Part shown: one piece after another, positions 35,401 to 51,077 of the stretch | Numbering within the stretch: position 1 is the stretch's first letter | Layout: the number at the start of each line of letters is the position of its first letter | DNA from: Octopus bimaculoides | Lineage: Eukaryota | DNA length: 64,000 nt | Assembly (NCBI RefSeq): GCF_001194135.2 | Contig: NC_068997.1 | Span: 9,005,244 to 9,069,243 of the forward strand | Direction: 5' to 3' | Position numbers and translations under genes: made by a program | The notes under the pieces: model-generated | Databases searched by the model: none | Seen by the model: only the letters and a program-made list of their open reading frames with translations | What the model was told of the DNA's origin: nothing

Positions 35401-38400
35401 AATGTTTATTGTTTATGCTGATTAGATCATTGATCATAATAAATAAATATATTTTCAATAAACAATGTTTCAGCACAATAAGCTATGTATATTTTCTAAA
35501 ACACAGTATGCACCAGGTTTATTTTTATAAAACTACTCACAGACCCAGGAATAGCTGTTGCAGATCCCAGCTTTCACAAAACCCTATTGTAGAACAGAAG
35601 CTTAACATCTTACAGCATTTAATTTCACACTTCTGCATTTTGAGTTGAAATCTTGTTGGGCTCAATCTTTAACTTTCGTCTTTCCAGTACCAGTCATTTA
35701 TTTGGGTCAACCCTAATCAACTATAGCTTCTTCTCTTTAAAATTTGTGCCCTGTGTCTATGTTAGAAATCCTCGTTATCATAATTATTTGAAGGATGGTG
35801 AAGATGGTGAGCTGGCTGAATTGATAGCAAACCGGACAAAACGCTTAGCAGCATTTCATCTATCTTTACATTCTGAGTTCAAATTCTGCCAAAATCAACT
35901 TTGCCTTTCATCCATTTGGGACTAATAAAATAAATGCCAACTAAGCACAGGGTAATTGACTTCTCAACCCCTTGAAATTGCTGGCATTGTGCCAAAAATG
36001 AGAAAGCTTTATTAGAAGGGTAACGCAATCATTAGAACATTGGATAAAATGCTTTGCAAAATTTCTTCCAGCTCTTTACATTCTGAAATCAAATCTTACT
36101 TAAATAAACCTTGCCGTTTGTATTTTTTGAGATGAAAAACAATGAAGTACCAGCCAAGTATTGGGGTTACTATAATTAACTGACCCATCCTCTTCCCCAA
36201 ATTGCTGGTCTTGTGCCAAAATTAGAAACCATGATTATTATAAATATTGTTTAAAGTGATGTTTTTCATTGTTTTATTCATAGATTTGTGATTTCTTTGA
36301 AAAGACCAAACCATCCCTTCTTTTAACATTGGTAAGTATTAAGAAAATTCCTCTCGTTTGTTTTGGTCTAAACTGGTTGGGCAACCTACCACTTTGAATC
36401 CCTACCCTTTTTCAGCTATTGCTGTTTTGTGTCAGAAATGATAGGAGCGAGTTAACTTATTGATAACCATAGATGCATTTAGAATAGTTATAATTGGTAG
36501 CCATTGCAGTTACTAATTGTAATTGTGAACTAATTGACAAAAGGATGTTGTAATTAAAGCAATTACATATAATTGTTGCCTTGAATACTGCTGGTAGTTG
36601 TAAACTAGGAAAGATTAATTGAAAGAGGTTGGAAAGATAAAAAGGTTTTAATGTTTACATTTTAAAAGTTGAAAGACATTTCTTGTTTTGTTTCATTTAT
36701 TAATTATGAAAATATGTGACTTAATCATGAAGAAATTTGTTAGATTGTGAGCGTAAGTCTCAGACTGGGTGACACATTGTATCCTTGAGCAAGTTTGCTT
36801 CATTTCGTGTTGCTAAACCCTGCAATGAACTGGCATTCCATTTAGGATGAGGTCTTTTACCTTTACCTTAAACATCTTAAATAAGCACTGACCTTATGAA
36901 CCTATGAGCTTCAGACAGATTTCTTTAGTTAATTATATTCACTAAAATACTAATTTTGATCAATTCCAGTATGGCCTTAATACAGACAGTGGAAAAAAGA
37001 GCACCCCTGCAGCCTTCAATGGCATCAATAAGTAAGTTTTATGGTTTTATTTTCCATTAACTAATTCTGGGAAAATTCATAATTTTCTGTAATACTATTT
37101 TATGCAGAGCAAAATGAATTGCATATCGATTACCTAGGTTATCTTGTATGCATTGGGTTTAGCATAATTTCATCTGGATTTCTTTTAAGCCTCTCTGTGA
37201 TCTTATTTGCTCATCTTTTGATTGATTCTATATGGAATGTAATGTGGCTTATTGAAACATCTCCACCACTCTCAGTTACCGATGTAGTGTATGAGCTGAG
37301 GACTGAGATATGTGGGCACATTACTATACTCAAGAAGACTTGCACACCACAACAGAATTGAGATCTTAAGACCAAGGTGTCCTGTTAAAACCATTGGTGT
37401 GGGTGCTTGTGCCACATAAAAAAGCACTGATGATGGTGCCATGTAAAAAGCATCCAGTACGCTCCGTAAAGTGGTTGGCATTGGAAAGAGCATCCAGCCA
37501 TAGCAACCATGCCCAAAAAAGATTATGGAACATGGTGCAACTCCTACTTAACTCTAGGCCGAGCAAAGTCTTGTGAGTGGAATTGGTAGATGGAAACTAA
37601 AAGAAGCCTATTGTGTATATGCATATATATATGTATATCTATGTATGTATATGTGTGCGTGTATATATATGTGTGTGTGTATGCATTACTCTCCCCTTGC
37701 TGTGACATTGTGTCATAGTTGCAAAGTATTAAGTTACAGGTTCAATAACATTTACAATTTATATGAACTTTATTTATATTCTTAACTTCATCTTTCTTTA
37801 AGAAAAATCCAGCCTACATAGCTAATTACAAAACATAATTTAATCCACTTCAATTTTGAATAAAGGATGATAACTTTTTTTTTTTTCAGGTTCAAGGTGA
37901 ATGATGAGTTACTTCACCCAGAGATTTCTGAATGGTATGTAGGCGGTAAATAATCCTCCTCCTCCAATGACAGCAACGATGACGACAATAATCATGGCAA
38001 TGATGACAACAATGGCATTGATGGCAATTATGACGGTGACAATGACAGTGAGAGCAATGATGATGACAAAGACGATGACAGATGTGACAATGTTGAGGAT
38101 GATGATGATGATTTCTTCTGTAACAAAATCAAAATACTTTCTAATAAATTTTGTTAATTTTTATTTTACTTTCAGCCGTGTTTTCAAGAGTGACTATGAA
38201 TTGGATTTACTTCGCTACACCAATAAAGTATCCAGTGCTGCTCATAGAGAGGTAAGTCCAAGTAGTAATCTTAGTCGTNNNNNNNNNNNNNNNNNNNNNN
38301 NNNNNNNNNNNNNNNNNNNNNNNNNNNNNNNNNNNNNNNNNNNNNNNNNNNNNNNNNNNNNNNNNNNCCCACCACCACTACCGCTGCAACTGTCATTGCT

Positions 38401-40427
38401 ATCACCATAAATGGCAGTAGTTAGTCACTACGGCAGTAACCTATCATCGATAGTGTGTTCCATCCATGGCCCACTGGCTCGATTCAGTCTATCATATTGT
38501 AATTAAAACAATCATCATCATGCTTGAGTTGTAGACTCCACAGACATATGTACCCTTAATGAGGTTCTCACGGAGATTCGGCAAGACACAGAATGTGACA
38601 AAGTTGTCCCCTTTGTAATACAGGTATTACTCATTTTTACCAGCTGAGTGGATTGGAGTAACGTGAAATAAAGTGTCTTGTCCAAGGACACAATGCGTTG
38701 CTGGGAATTGAACTCATGACCTTACAATCAAGAGCCAAATGCCTTAACCACTAAGCCATGCACCTACATTATACACACACACACACACACATATATATGT
38801 ATGTCGGGCAACACTCTATGCTTGAGGAGGCCCATTGAGTCAAGTAAATCAAAATCAAATCAAATCACAGGCTCAAATGGAAATTGTAGTCGTGGCCGTT
38901 ACCAGTGCTGGTGGCATGCAATAAGCACCATTCATGTGTGGGTCGCTGCCAGTGCCACCTGACTGGCTCCTGTACTGGTGGCACGTAAAAAGCACCCACT
39001 ACACTCTCGGAGTGGTTGGCGTGAGGAAGGGCGTCCAGCTGTAGAAACCTTGCCAGTTAGAAAGGGTCAAGTGGTGAAGACATTATTTTGGCCTGGCTAA
39101 AGGCTTCTGGAAAATGTAAAACTGCTGTCAGAGAAAAACCATTGTTCCACCGTGGGAAAAGTTCTTTCACAGTGTTAATTTAAATTTGGCTATGGTGGAT
39201 CAAATCCACTTCATGCATGCAAGATCCACTACATATATACATATATATTATCAGATTAGATAAAACTCTAATTACCTTAGATATTGAATATTTTTCTAAT
39301 TGTTCTGTTTTTCTGCGAAATTTTCCAGGTAATGAGACAGATACGTCCAGGGATGTACGAGTACCAGCTGGAAAGGTAAAATTATTTCTTGATAATTTTG
39401 TTTTTATTTCATAATAAGAAAATAAATGATTAGTTCAAAGTTATTGTTTGTCTTTTTCTTATTTTGTTAATATAAACGGAGGGTGCCTCTTCCCCCTCCC
39501 ACTCCTGCACAGTATTTCATGATCGCCTCCTGGACAAGGAGTACAGAAACATCTGTGTGGAAAGAGCCATGAGGACAACATTCTTTTTGAGTTGTTAATG
39601 AGGGAGAAAGTGTTATGGGTAAGGAACATATTGGTAGATGTGTAGTACTAAGGGAGAAAAAGGAAGAATTGGTTTAAAGTAGAGGTTACCAACCATCAGA
39701 CTGTGGACCAGTACTGGGCTGCACAGAAAGAATAAAACTTTGAATTTTATTTCTATTTTATTGACTATCACAGTCTTTTTGCATTATATATATGTATTCA
39801 TCATCATCATTATCATGCGTCCATTTTCTATGCTGGTATGGGTTGGACGGTTTGACAGTCTTCTGTTTTGACATGGTTTCTATGGCTGGATGCCCTTTCT
39901 AATGCCATCAGTCAATGTTTGTTTATCCTTTGAAATTCATTTATTATATGTTAGTTATTAATTCTTTTGGGATTCCCTGTAGATTATATACATTTACAAC
40001 GTGTGAGAGAGAGGTGGAGTAGGATCAGAATAAGCAACAAAATACTGTGAGAACCATCCAACTCATGCCAGCAGGGAAAACGTGGTATAAAAGGATGATG
40101 AAAATGGAGGTGATGGTAGTGATGATGATGAAGGTGGTGATGAGAATAACAATATTGTTCATGCTTTTAGTATTATCATAAATGAAAGAGACTAGACTCA
40201 CCATTCCTGCTCGTGATGAGAGATGCACATATTGTCAGCTACTAAAGGACATGCCCACCTGGTTACGGTCAAGCATCTGGCAAGCAAATCTGTGGTGTTG
40301 AGCAGAATACTTGGTGTAGCCCATCTTTTGCACCAAGACAAAACATCTACATGATAACACTTTCAATCAGTTGAGATCAGAAGCCACTGCCTTGTTGTTG
40401 TTGTTGTTGTTGTTGTTATTGTTATTA

Positions 40428-40522
<95 letters not shown>

Positions 40523-41445
40523 NNNNNNNNNNNNNNNNNNNNNNNNNNNNNNNNNNNNNNNNNNNNNNNNNNNNNNNNNNNNNNNNNNNNNNNNNNNNNN
40601 NNNNNNNNNNNNNNNNNNNNNNNNNNNNNNNNNNNNNNNNNNNNNNNNNNNNNNNNNNNNNNNNNNNNNNNNNNNNNNNNNNNNNNNNNNNNNNNNNNNN
40701 NNNNNNNNNNNNNNNNNNNNNNNNNNNNNNNNNNNNNNNNNNNNNNNNNNNNNNNNNNNNNNNNNNNNNNNNNNNNNNNNNNNNNNNNNNNNNNNNNNNN
40801 NNNNNNNNNNNNNNNNNNNNNNNNNNNNNNNNNNNNNNNNNNNNNNNNNNNNNNNNNNNNNNNNNNNNNNNNNNNNNNNNNNNNNNNNNNNNNNNNNNNN
40901 NNNNNNNNNNNNNNNNNNNNNNNNNNNNNNNNNNNNNNNNNNNNNNNNNNNNNNNNNNNNNNNNNNNNNNNNNNNNNNNNNNNNNNNNNNNNNNNNNNNN
41001 NNNNNNNNNNNNNNNNNNNNNNNNNNNNNNNNNNNNNNNNNNNNNNNNNNNNNNNNNNNNNNNNNNNNNNNNNNNNNNNNNNNNNNNNNNNNNNNNNNNN
41101 NNNNNNNNNNNNNNNNNNNNNNNNNNNNNNNNNNNNNNNNNNNNNNNNNNNNNNNNNNNNNNNNNNNNNNNNNNNNNNNNNNNNNNNNNNNNNNNNNNNN
41201 NNNNNNNNNNNNNNNNNNNNNNNNNNNNNNNNNNNNNNNNNNNNNNNNNNNNNNNNNNNNNNNNNNNNNNNNNNNNNNNNNNNNNNNNNNNNNNNNNNNN
41301 NNNNNNNNNNNNNNNNNNNNNNNNNNNNNNNNNNNNNNNNNNNNNNNNNNNNNNNNNNNNNNNNNNNNNNNNNNNNNNNNNNNNNNNNNNNNNNNNNNNN
41401 NNNNNNNNNNNNNNNNNNNNNNNNNNNNNNNNNNNNNNNNNNNNN

Positions 41446-41519
<74 letters not shown>

Positions 41520-44500
41520 GATAAAGGTGGCAAGCTGGCAGAACCGTTAGCACACTGGCCAAATGCTTCATGGCATTTCATCCATCCTTATGTTCTGAGT
41601 TCAAATTCTACTATGGGTGACTTTATCTTTCCTCCTTTCAAGGTCAATAAAATAAGTACCAGTCAAGCACCCAACTCCCTCCCCCCCAATTTCAGTCCTT
41701 GTGCCTATAATAGAAAGGATTATTATTGTTATTATTGAAGGAAATGTTAAATAGATATTTGCCACATCACTTACCCCAATGAAACCAGCTGAAAATAATT
41801 CCATTTCACACCTGAGAAATTCTCTTTTAGCTTATAAATTACCATTAGCAGCACCACGATTATTGGCATGCTCATGTTTATTCACCATCATCATCATCAT
41901 CATAGCAGTAGTAGTTCTTTCTTTCTTTCTGATTTTGTTATGCTTTAAGCAAAACATATTGATTGTTTCTTTGTTCATGTATGAATGGGTAAATCTGTAG
42001 TTTAATTTCACACTATTTCATTTAATTTAAGGACAAAACTGATTATTTATGCAGAAAATTGAAACTAGATTAACCAGTGTCTCTGATATGAGATGCTTTT
42101 TAGAAAACCATACCATCTTTGTCTCTATGCTTCAGTTGCAAGTGTTTTTGTTTTGTTTTATGGGGTCCTTTTTGTACTAACAATACAAAAATAGGCACAT
42201 TTTTGTCTACTCATATATATGACCTGATAGTTTTTAAGCATCAGTGGTTATCGTTAAAAACAGGAATTAACTTCTTTTTACATTTACTTTTGATGTTTTT
42301 TTACATATTCTTTCTCAACCTACATGCATATTGTATCATATCTTACTCATAAAATATGATATAATATACTTCTGCTTTGTTGATTCTATGTCTGAGTCAG
42401 CTTGCGTGGTACACTTTTAGTTAGATACAGTCAAGTTTGCCACAATTGTGGTGTGAGCATTCAGAAAGTAATGAACCAGAACAAACATCACAAAGCAGGC
42501 ATCTCAGTCAGTGCTTTAACACTTGAACTGTTTCACCACTTCAGACTTGAATCTTATTTTATGGACCACCCAGAAGGATGAAAAGCAAAGTTGACCTTGG
42601 TGATACTTACACTCAGAGTGTAAAGAGCTAGAATAAATACTTCAAAGTATTTTGTCCGTTACATTAAAGATTCTGCTTATTCGATTCCTATAAGGAGCAT
42701 AACACTAGCAGCAATGATCACTTCATGTCGGATCAGTTTCATTTATAATGTTACTCTTAACCCTTTAGCATTTAAACTGGGTTCGTCAAGTGCAAAGATT
42801 CTACTTGTTTTGTGTTGAAACTGAACTGGCCTGATCCAGCCTCTCACACTTTCTCTACTATGCCATTGTAAAAATAAAGTCACATCATCAATAGCTCAAA
42901 GCTGTGAGATAATGCATGAATAAATAAGCAATACATTTAAAAGAGTAATCTGAATGCTAAAGGGTCGTCACCACCACCACCGGTGAGACTCATTTACAAC
43001 TATCATGTGACATTAAGGCAAGGAAAAAAACATACACACATGCAAATCCATTCACAAGGCTTTGATTGACCCAAGGCTATAGTAGAAGACAGCTGCCCAG
43101 GGTGCCATGCAGTGGGACTGAACCCTAAACCATGCTGGGAAGCAAACTTCTTAACCTTGCAGTCACACCTGCCTATATTATAAATTAATGATTATCATTG
43201 TTGAATGAACCACCTGACATTTTTCACACAGTTGCTAATTTTTATCTTGGCAATTTCTACAAATAAATTCTCAAAATATTTAATTTCTATTGCAGCATAT
43301 TTCGTCATTTTTGTTCTTACTATGGAGGTGGTCGTCATTTATCTTACACCTGTATTTGTGGAAGGTAAATTTTTATTATTTTTCTAAATTTTGTGATACT
43401 AGTATATTTTTTATTTATCAAAGAAAAATGAATTATTTTTATTTAACAATGCAATTTGAGAAGAAAAAAAATGTTGTTGCTTACATGTTTCCAATGGACC
43501 CAATGTTAATTCACTGCATTTCTGAAAATGAGAGAAAGATAGTGACATAGCTGGTGTGTTCAGTGCCCAGGGCAGCCTGTGAGCTTGCCACTCCTCCCTG
43601 GACCCATAAGCCTATTACAGACTTATACAGTAGACCCAAAAGTGCTGCCCCCGCATAAAAACATCACCTGGGTTGAACTGCCCCCTTTGATCCCCTCCAC
43701 CCCACCTCAGGTTTGCTTATGGACAAAGGTGTGTTACTAGTATTTCAGTTTCTTATTTTTACATCACTTGCAAATAAATATCAGCTAAAGGCACCCCTAC
43801 CTATACATGCACAATGATGGGCTTTCACACCTGTGTCTGTCTACCAAATTATGCTAACAATTCATTTGTGAACCTGAGACTACAGTAAAAGACATTTGCC
43901 TACCATGTCTCAACGTGATATTGATCCTGGAACCCCATGGGTGGGAAGTGGGTTTCTTAACTATTTAGTTATGACACTGAATCACTGATTTTTTTTTTGA
44001 TTTTTTTTTTTGAAAGTTTGTTGTTGGTGTTGCTCTTCTTTTAGTCCAGGGCAAAATACAAATAAAGGCATTTTATGACTCAGGGGATGCATTTCAGTTT
44101 ACTGAGTTGTTATGGAAACTGTTGTGTGCAGAATCATCTTTATTTAGATTTTTCATATTTTAGCTGTTGGATGGGGTGGGGTTGGAGAAAGAGATGATTA
44201 TACNNNNNNNNNNNNNNNNNNNNNNNNNNNNNNNNNNNNNNNNNNNNNNNNNNNNNNNNNNNNNNNNNNNNNNNNNNNNNNNNNNNNNNNNNNNNNNNNN
44301 NNNNNNAACACTGGTAAATGTACACAATATTGGAGGTGTACTGGTGCATGCAATAGTATTTCCACTGAATAATAATAATAATATTAAATTCTGTTATGTT
44401 ATGAGAAACGATTTTCCTCTTTCAGTGGAGAAAATGCAGCTATTTTGCACTATGGACATGCTGGAGCTCCAAATTCCAGAAGACTTGATGACGGGGATGC

Positions 44501-47500
44501 TTGGTAAGCAGAATTTGTATTACTAGAAAATTTATATTACCAGAAAATATGGTAAAGTAAAGATCATCATGATGTTTTCATCAGTTTTGTGTTAGTTTCT
44601 ACTGCATCACCAGGTTTGCCTTTGGTATTCCAGAGGCGGTATGCCCACAGTTGTTTTTCTTGTGCTTTATCTGTTTTCCTTTGTAGTGGGATTATTTTTC
44701 TTTCTTCATTTCTGATGTTTATTTATCATTTCTACTGTCTGTTGTATCAAATATGTGTAATACCAGTTGTGTTGCTTTGCTATGCGGTAATTGTGTAGAG
44801 TATGTGCTGCATGGGTGGGTTGCATTTATCATCATCATCATCATCATTGATGATGATGATGTATGTCTATACATACATGCACACATATGTATGTATAGGC
44901 GACAGGTTTATTTAGCCAGAGGGGAAGCAGATAAGAAAAGATTTGCCAATGTTCTGCGCCGTGAGGACCAAAGACTCGAGGTATTTCGTGTTGCAAGACA
45001 GTGTAGGAGAGAGAATAGTGATGTTGTAGGAGAGAAATGTGTTCGCATGGATTGTAACTGCTAGAATAAGAATAGCCTGGGCCAAGTTTAGAGAGCTCTT
45101 ATCTCTGCTGGCGACAAAGGGACTCTCACTCAGAGTAAAAGGCAGACTGTATGACGCATGTGTACGAACAGCCATGCTACATGGCAGTGAAACNNNNNNN
45201 NNNNNNNNNNNNNNNNNNNNNNNNNNNNNNNNNNNNNNNNNNNNNNNNNNNNNNNNNNNNNNNNNNNNNNNNNNNNNNNNNNNNNNNNNNNNNNNNNNNN
45301 NNNNNNNNNNNNNNNNNNNNNNNNNNNNNNNNNNNNNNNNNNNNNNNNNNNNNNNNNNNNNNNNNNNNNNNNNNNNNNNNNNNNNNNNNNNNNNNNNNNN
45401 NNNNNNNNNNNNNNNNNNNNNNNNNNNNNNNNNNNNNNNNNNNNNNNNNNNNNNNNNNNNNNNNNNNNNNNNNNNNNNNNNNNNNNNNNNNNNNNNNNNN
45501 NNNNNNNNNNNNNNNNNNNNNNNNNNNNNNNNNNNNNNNNNNNNNNNNNNNNNNNNNNNNNNNNNNNNNNNNNNNNNNNNNNNNNNNNNNNNNNNNNNNN
45601 NNNNNNNNNNNNNNNNNNNNNNNNNNNNNNNNNNNNNNNNNNNNNNNNNNNNNNNNNNNNNNNNNNNNNNNNNNNNNNNNNNNNNNNNNNNNNNNNNNNN
45701 NNNNNNNNNNNNNNNNNNNNNNNNNNNNNNNNNNNNNNNNNNNNNNNNNNNNNNNNNNNNNNNNNNNNNNNNNNNNNNNNNNNNNNNNNNNNNNNNNNNN
45801 NNNNNNNNNNNNNNNNNNNNNNNNNNNNNNNNNNNNNNNNNNNNNNNNNNNNNNNNNNNNNNNNNNNNNNNNNNNNNNNNNNNNNNNNNNNNNNNNNNNN
45901 NNNNNNNNNNNNNNNNNNNNNNNNNNNNNNNNNNGCCAGTACTGCCTGACTGGCCTTGTAGGGTTTTCGAGCGAGATCGTTGCCAATGCCCCTGGACTGG
46001 CTCTTGTGCGGGTGGCACATAAAAGACACCATTTCGAGCGTGGTCGTTTTCGTGCGAGTAACATGTAAAAGCACCCACTACACTCTCTGAGTGGTTGGCG
46101 TTAGGAAGGGCATCCAGCTGTAGAAACTCTGCCAAATTAGATTGGAGCCTGGTGTAGCCATCCGGTTGCACCAGTCCTCAGTCAAATCGTCCAACCCATG
46201 CCAGCATGGAAAGCGGACGTATGATGATGATGATGATGATTGTATAATACTTAAGCAGGAAAATAGTTAACGGGATAGATTTGATAGACTCTTTTTACAT
46301 TAACCAAACAGTTGTTGTTCTCACTGCTGCTGTCGTCTAGCTCAAGATCAACCCCCATACTGGTATTTCCCATCAACCACTCCTCCAACCATGTTTGTCT
46401 CTCGCTTCATTCACCTCTGTCTCCACCTTTAACCATCTGTTACTCTCTCCTCACACTCTCATGAAAGTACCCACTTTCTTATCCCTTACTATGTCCTCTC
46501 CTTTGTTCACTCTCTTGTTCCTTGAGAATTTGCTCTAGCACTCCATTGCTACCTTCCTTTTTATTTCCTTGAGTGATGCATCTCTACAGCAAGGCTCCCC
46601 AGGCTTGTCCCTTTATCATACTTTAGCCTAGAGGTTCTCAGCTGGAGTCCATATGGTCCCTGAGGGCCGATATAAGATTTTTGGGGGTCCATGTAACAAA
46701 ATAGTAAATTGGGGATCCAAAATAGTATTTTAAGGGCCCCTGTAAAATTTTTGCTGTAGATGTATGTATGTATTGGTTATGTATTGCAAGAAACAGCTGG
46801 ATTTCTTTCTCTAACATTTTACATTGTTCAACCTACACAAGTTAATGTGTGAGAAACAAAATAGAGATTTTGAAAGAAGTGTCTATAAAACTAGCTTTTA
46901 AACATTGAATAGCCGGGTGGGGGTCCAACAGAATGAAATAGTAATCAAAGGGATCCATAGATAAAAAAATGGACAAGAACCCCTGCTTTAGCCTTTCAAT
47001 ACCTGGTATAAAATCACTCACTTTCACCTTCCCCTTTCAAATACTTCCCTTTTAGTAGTGGAAGCTTTTTATTTTTTTTTTTTTATACCATTTCCCTCTG
47101 TTCTTTTTCTACCTTGCAAGTTTACCTGGCATCCTCAGTAGTGCCAGTGCCATGAAAAGAGCACCCAGTGCATTGACATAGAAAACATGCCAAAGCTGAC
47201 ATTGGAGCTTGATGTGGCCTTGCAGTTTGCCTGATCCTGTCAAACCTGACAACTCATGGCATTTGCGAAAACAGATGTTAAATAATGATGATGACTCCAC
47301 TGCCATTTCAGTAGCCATGTACAGGGTTTCCTGGTTAGCTTGCCCAGACAGACAGACAGACATGGTTAATCTGTGCAAATACCAGACTATTTATCGAGTG
47401 TCTACTATTTTCAAGATGGTAGGATGTGATTTGAATGAGGTTTCACTACTATTTCTAGTAAGTTGATCTGTCATGCACAAGTTTCCATTTTAGCTTGAAT

Positions 47501-50500
47501 ACACAGACAGGTAGATAGAGAGAGACATACTTTGTTTAACAAATTTAAATACCAGACTGGTTTTTCTTACAATTAGTGTGTTAAATTAAGTAAGCTATTG
47601 ACGCAAAGATTGACATTGCGCCACCAAATGAATGACATTATACAATGCGGGCTTTATGGTTCAGTGGTTGTTTTGAATTAAAAAGCAAAGCAGCCGCTTC
47701 TGCTATTCATTGCAAACTAAGAAAACTAACAGGTATAGCGAGACATTTTTATCTATGAAGTAAGATTGTTTTAATACTTATGTTTCTTTGATAGTAAACG
47801 TGTGTTATGGTGTAAGAAGTTCACATACATTTAAGAATGACTAAATCTCTTTAAATCTCTGCTCCAGCATAACCACTATCAAATGATTGAAACCACTAAA
47901 AGGAAAAGAATACACCAAATAAATAAGGTACAGGCATGGCTGTGGGATTACAAAGTTTGCTTTGCGACCTTGTAGTTTGGCCCTTCGAGAAAGTTTTCTA
48001 TTATGGCCAATGGCTGATGAAGGCCTTGTGAGAGGGGTTTAGAAGGTGGAAGCTGTACAGAAGCCCATCATATATGTGTGAGTATGTGTGTAAGTGTGTG
48101 TGTAAGGAGAAGCCAATGAGGGAACCTTTCTATATGGCCACTGCTTCTAAACATAGCAGCCAAATAACCCAATAACTCAGACATAAATATCTTGGGAAAG
48201 GAGAAACCATACTGGATTTAGTATAATTCAAGACATACTTTCAAAAAAAAAAAGACTGAATGGTCATGGCTGGAATGCCTTTGAATCATAGGTCTGTACA
48301 ATCAGAGCTGACCTTGGTCTAAACAAAAACAATAACATTTTTTAAAGTTATTAATTATCATTTATCCGTTTCAGTCATTAGACTGGCCATGCTGGAGCAC
48401 TGCCTTGAACTTTCAGTCGAATGAATCGACCTCAGTACTTTTTTCTAAAGCCTGGTACTTATTCTATTAGTCCCCTTTTGCTGTACCGCTAAGTTACAAT
48501 TGCATAAACACACCAACACCAGTTGCCAAGAGGTGACGAGAGGCAAACACAATGGGTTCTTTCAGTTTCCATGAATCAAGTTCACTCAGGGCGCAAAGCT
48601 TTAATTAACTGAAATTTTAAAGTAAATTTATATTTGACATTATACACAATTTTAGAATGAACACACCCACTGATATGACTGAATTGTTCAGGTAAATGGT
48701 GCTATTATGTGAAAAGCTTTCAATGTGGGTGTTGAACTTGGGCAGTGGTGCATATTGTCATTTGTCCTTTTCATAATTTCTATGAACTGGATTGATATGT
48801 GTAGCGATTGTGGAAGTAATATCACAATTTGTGAGTGTAGGATCAGTCAGGTGATATTTGCAGATGATATGGTGCCGGTTGGTTTTGTCAGAAGGTAATC
48901 TCCAGCATGCATTGAATGGGTTCACTGCCAAGCACTGCAAGGCAGGGATAAGAATTAGTGTTGCGAAGACTGAGACATTGGTCCTCTCATGCACTCTGTA
49001 TGTTAGTGGAACTTCCCTGAAGCTTGTGGGCTGGTGCAAAGTTTAAGTATCTCAGGGCTGTATTCTTGAGAAATGGGAAGCAGGAAGCTTCCCATTACTC
49101 AGGAAGCTAAATTTGATGCTAAAATTATTGGTGCTGACACAGTTATGTACCATCTTTAGCGTTCAATCCTTAGAAGAAGAAGAGAGTGGTAAAAAAAGCC
49201 CAAATCTGCTACCTTCAAAAGGGTTTTTTTTGTACCTATCCTTATTTATAGTCATGAATGTTGGGCAATGACCGAAAGAGTAGAATCACCAAATACAAAT
49301 GGTTGAAATGGAATTCCTCCAAAGGGTCTTTGGAGTAAGATTATTTGACAAGGAACATAACTTGGAGATCAGGGAATCCCTCCAAGTTGAGTTTCTGCCT
49401 CTCACCATTTAGAATTCACAGTTCCAATATTATAAAAATGTGGTTAGAATGTCACAGGAAAAGATCACAAGACAGATTCTTCAAACTGAACCAACCAGCA
49501 GACTGAGAGATAGACAAGAACAAGATGGCTAGATAATATCCATAGTTACAGTTTTTCTTGTTTGGGAATCCAGCCAGAATTCTGCTGAGGTTGACTTTGC
49601 CCTTCATCCTTTCTGGGTCAGCAAAATAAGTACAGCTGAGCAGTGGAGTTGATGTTATTGACTTACCCTTTCTCTTGTGCCAAAATTTGAAGTCAATAAT
49701 TCTATAGCTATGCCAGTATCTGGTCCTTCTCTTCAGGGCCAGAAGATACTTAAACAACCTCTAACTGTTACTGGTACTCAACAAAACTCAGGTAAGGCCC
49801 ACAATGATTTATTATTCTCAAATCAGAAGTGGGGCTGCTGCACACACAAACATCCTTGACTGCATCCAGAGAAAGGTCTCATGACAGACTGGTGTAATCT
49901 CACAGTTATGCTCTAGCCCACTGCTTCTCAACCAGGGTCCACATGATTCTTGGGGGTTCCATATAAGATTTTTTTGTTTGTTTTTGTTAATCTATATTCA
50001 ATAAATTGGTTATACAATACTCAAAGTGTTTTAAGGCAGCTAGCTGGCAGAAACATTAGCACACCGGGCAAAATGCTTAGCAGTATTTCATCTATCTTTA
50101 CATTCTGAGTTCAAATTCTGCCCAGGTCAACTTTACCTTTCATCCTTTCAGGGTCAATAAATTAAGTACCAGCTGCGTACTGGGGTTGATCTAATCGACT
50201 GCCCCTCCCCACTCCCCCAAAATTTCAGGCCTTGTGCCTAGAGTAGAAAAGAATACTCTAAGTGTTTTAACTTTTTTTTTAATACAATTCCTAATAATAT
50301 TTAATTATGANNNNNNNNNNNNNNNNNNNNNNNNNNNNNNNNNNNNNNNNNNNNNNNNNNNNNNNNNNNNNNNNNNNNNNNNNNNNNNNNNNNNNNNNNN
50401 NNNNNNNNNNNNNNNNNNNNNNNNNNNNNNNNNNNNNNNNNNNNNNNNNNNNNNNNNNNNNNNNNNNNNNNNNNNNNNNNNNNNNNNNNNNNNNNNNNNN

Positions 50501-51010
50501 NNNNNNNNNNNNNNNNNNNNNNNNNNNNNNNNNNNNNNNNNNNNNNNNNNNNNNNNNNNNNNNNNNNNNNNNNNNNNNNNNNNNNNNNNNNNNNNNNNNN
50601 NNNNNNNNNNNNNNNNNNNNNNNNNNNNNNNNNNNNNNNNNNNNNNNNNNNNNNNNNNNNNNNNNNNNNNNNNNNNNNNNNNNNNNNNNNNNNNNNNNNN
50701 NNNNNNNNNNNNNNNNNNNNNNNNNNNNNNNNNNNNNNNNNNNNNNNNNNNNNNNNNNNNNNNNNNNNNNNNNNNNNNNNNNNNNNNNNNNNNNNNNNNN
50801 NNNNNNNNNNNNNNNNNNNNNNNNNNNNNNNNNNNNNNNNNNNNNNNNNNNNNNNNNNNNNNNNNNNNNNNNNNNNNNNNNNNNNNNNNNNNNNNNNNNN
50901 NNNNNNNNNNNNNNNNNNNNNNNNNNNNNNNNNNNNNNNNNNNNNNNNNNNNNNNNNNNNNNNNNNNNNNNNNNNNNNNNNNNNNNNNNNNNNNNNNNNN
51001 NNNNNNNNNN

Positions 51011-51077
<67 letters not shown>

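Noticed and set aside
37967-38110. Asp/Asn-rich reading frame in PEPD intron 7
   Set aside because: Degenerate (GAT/GAC/AAT)n repeat. The intron is 241 nt, retention hits TAA within six codons, and there is no internal splice pair.
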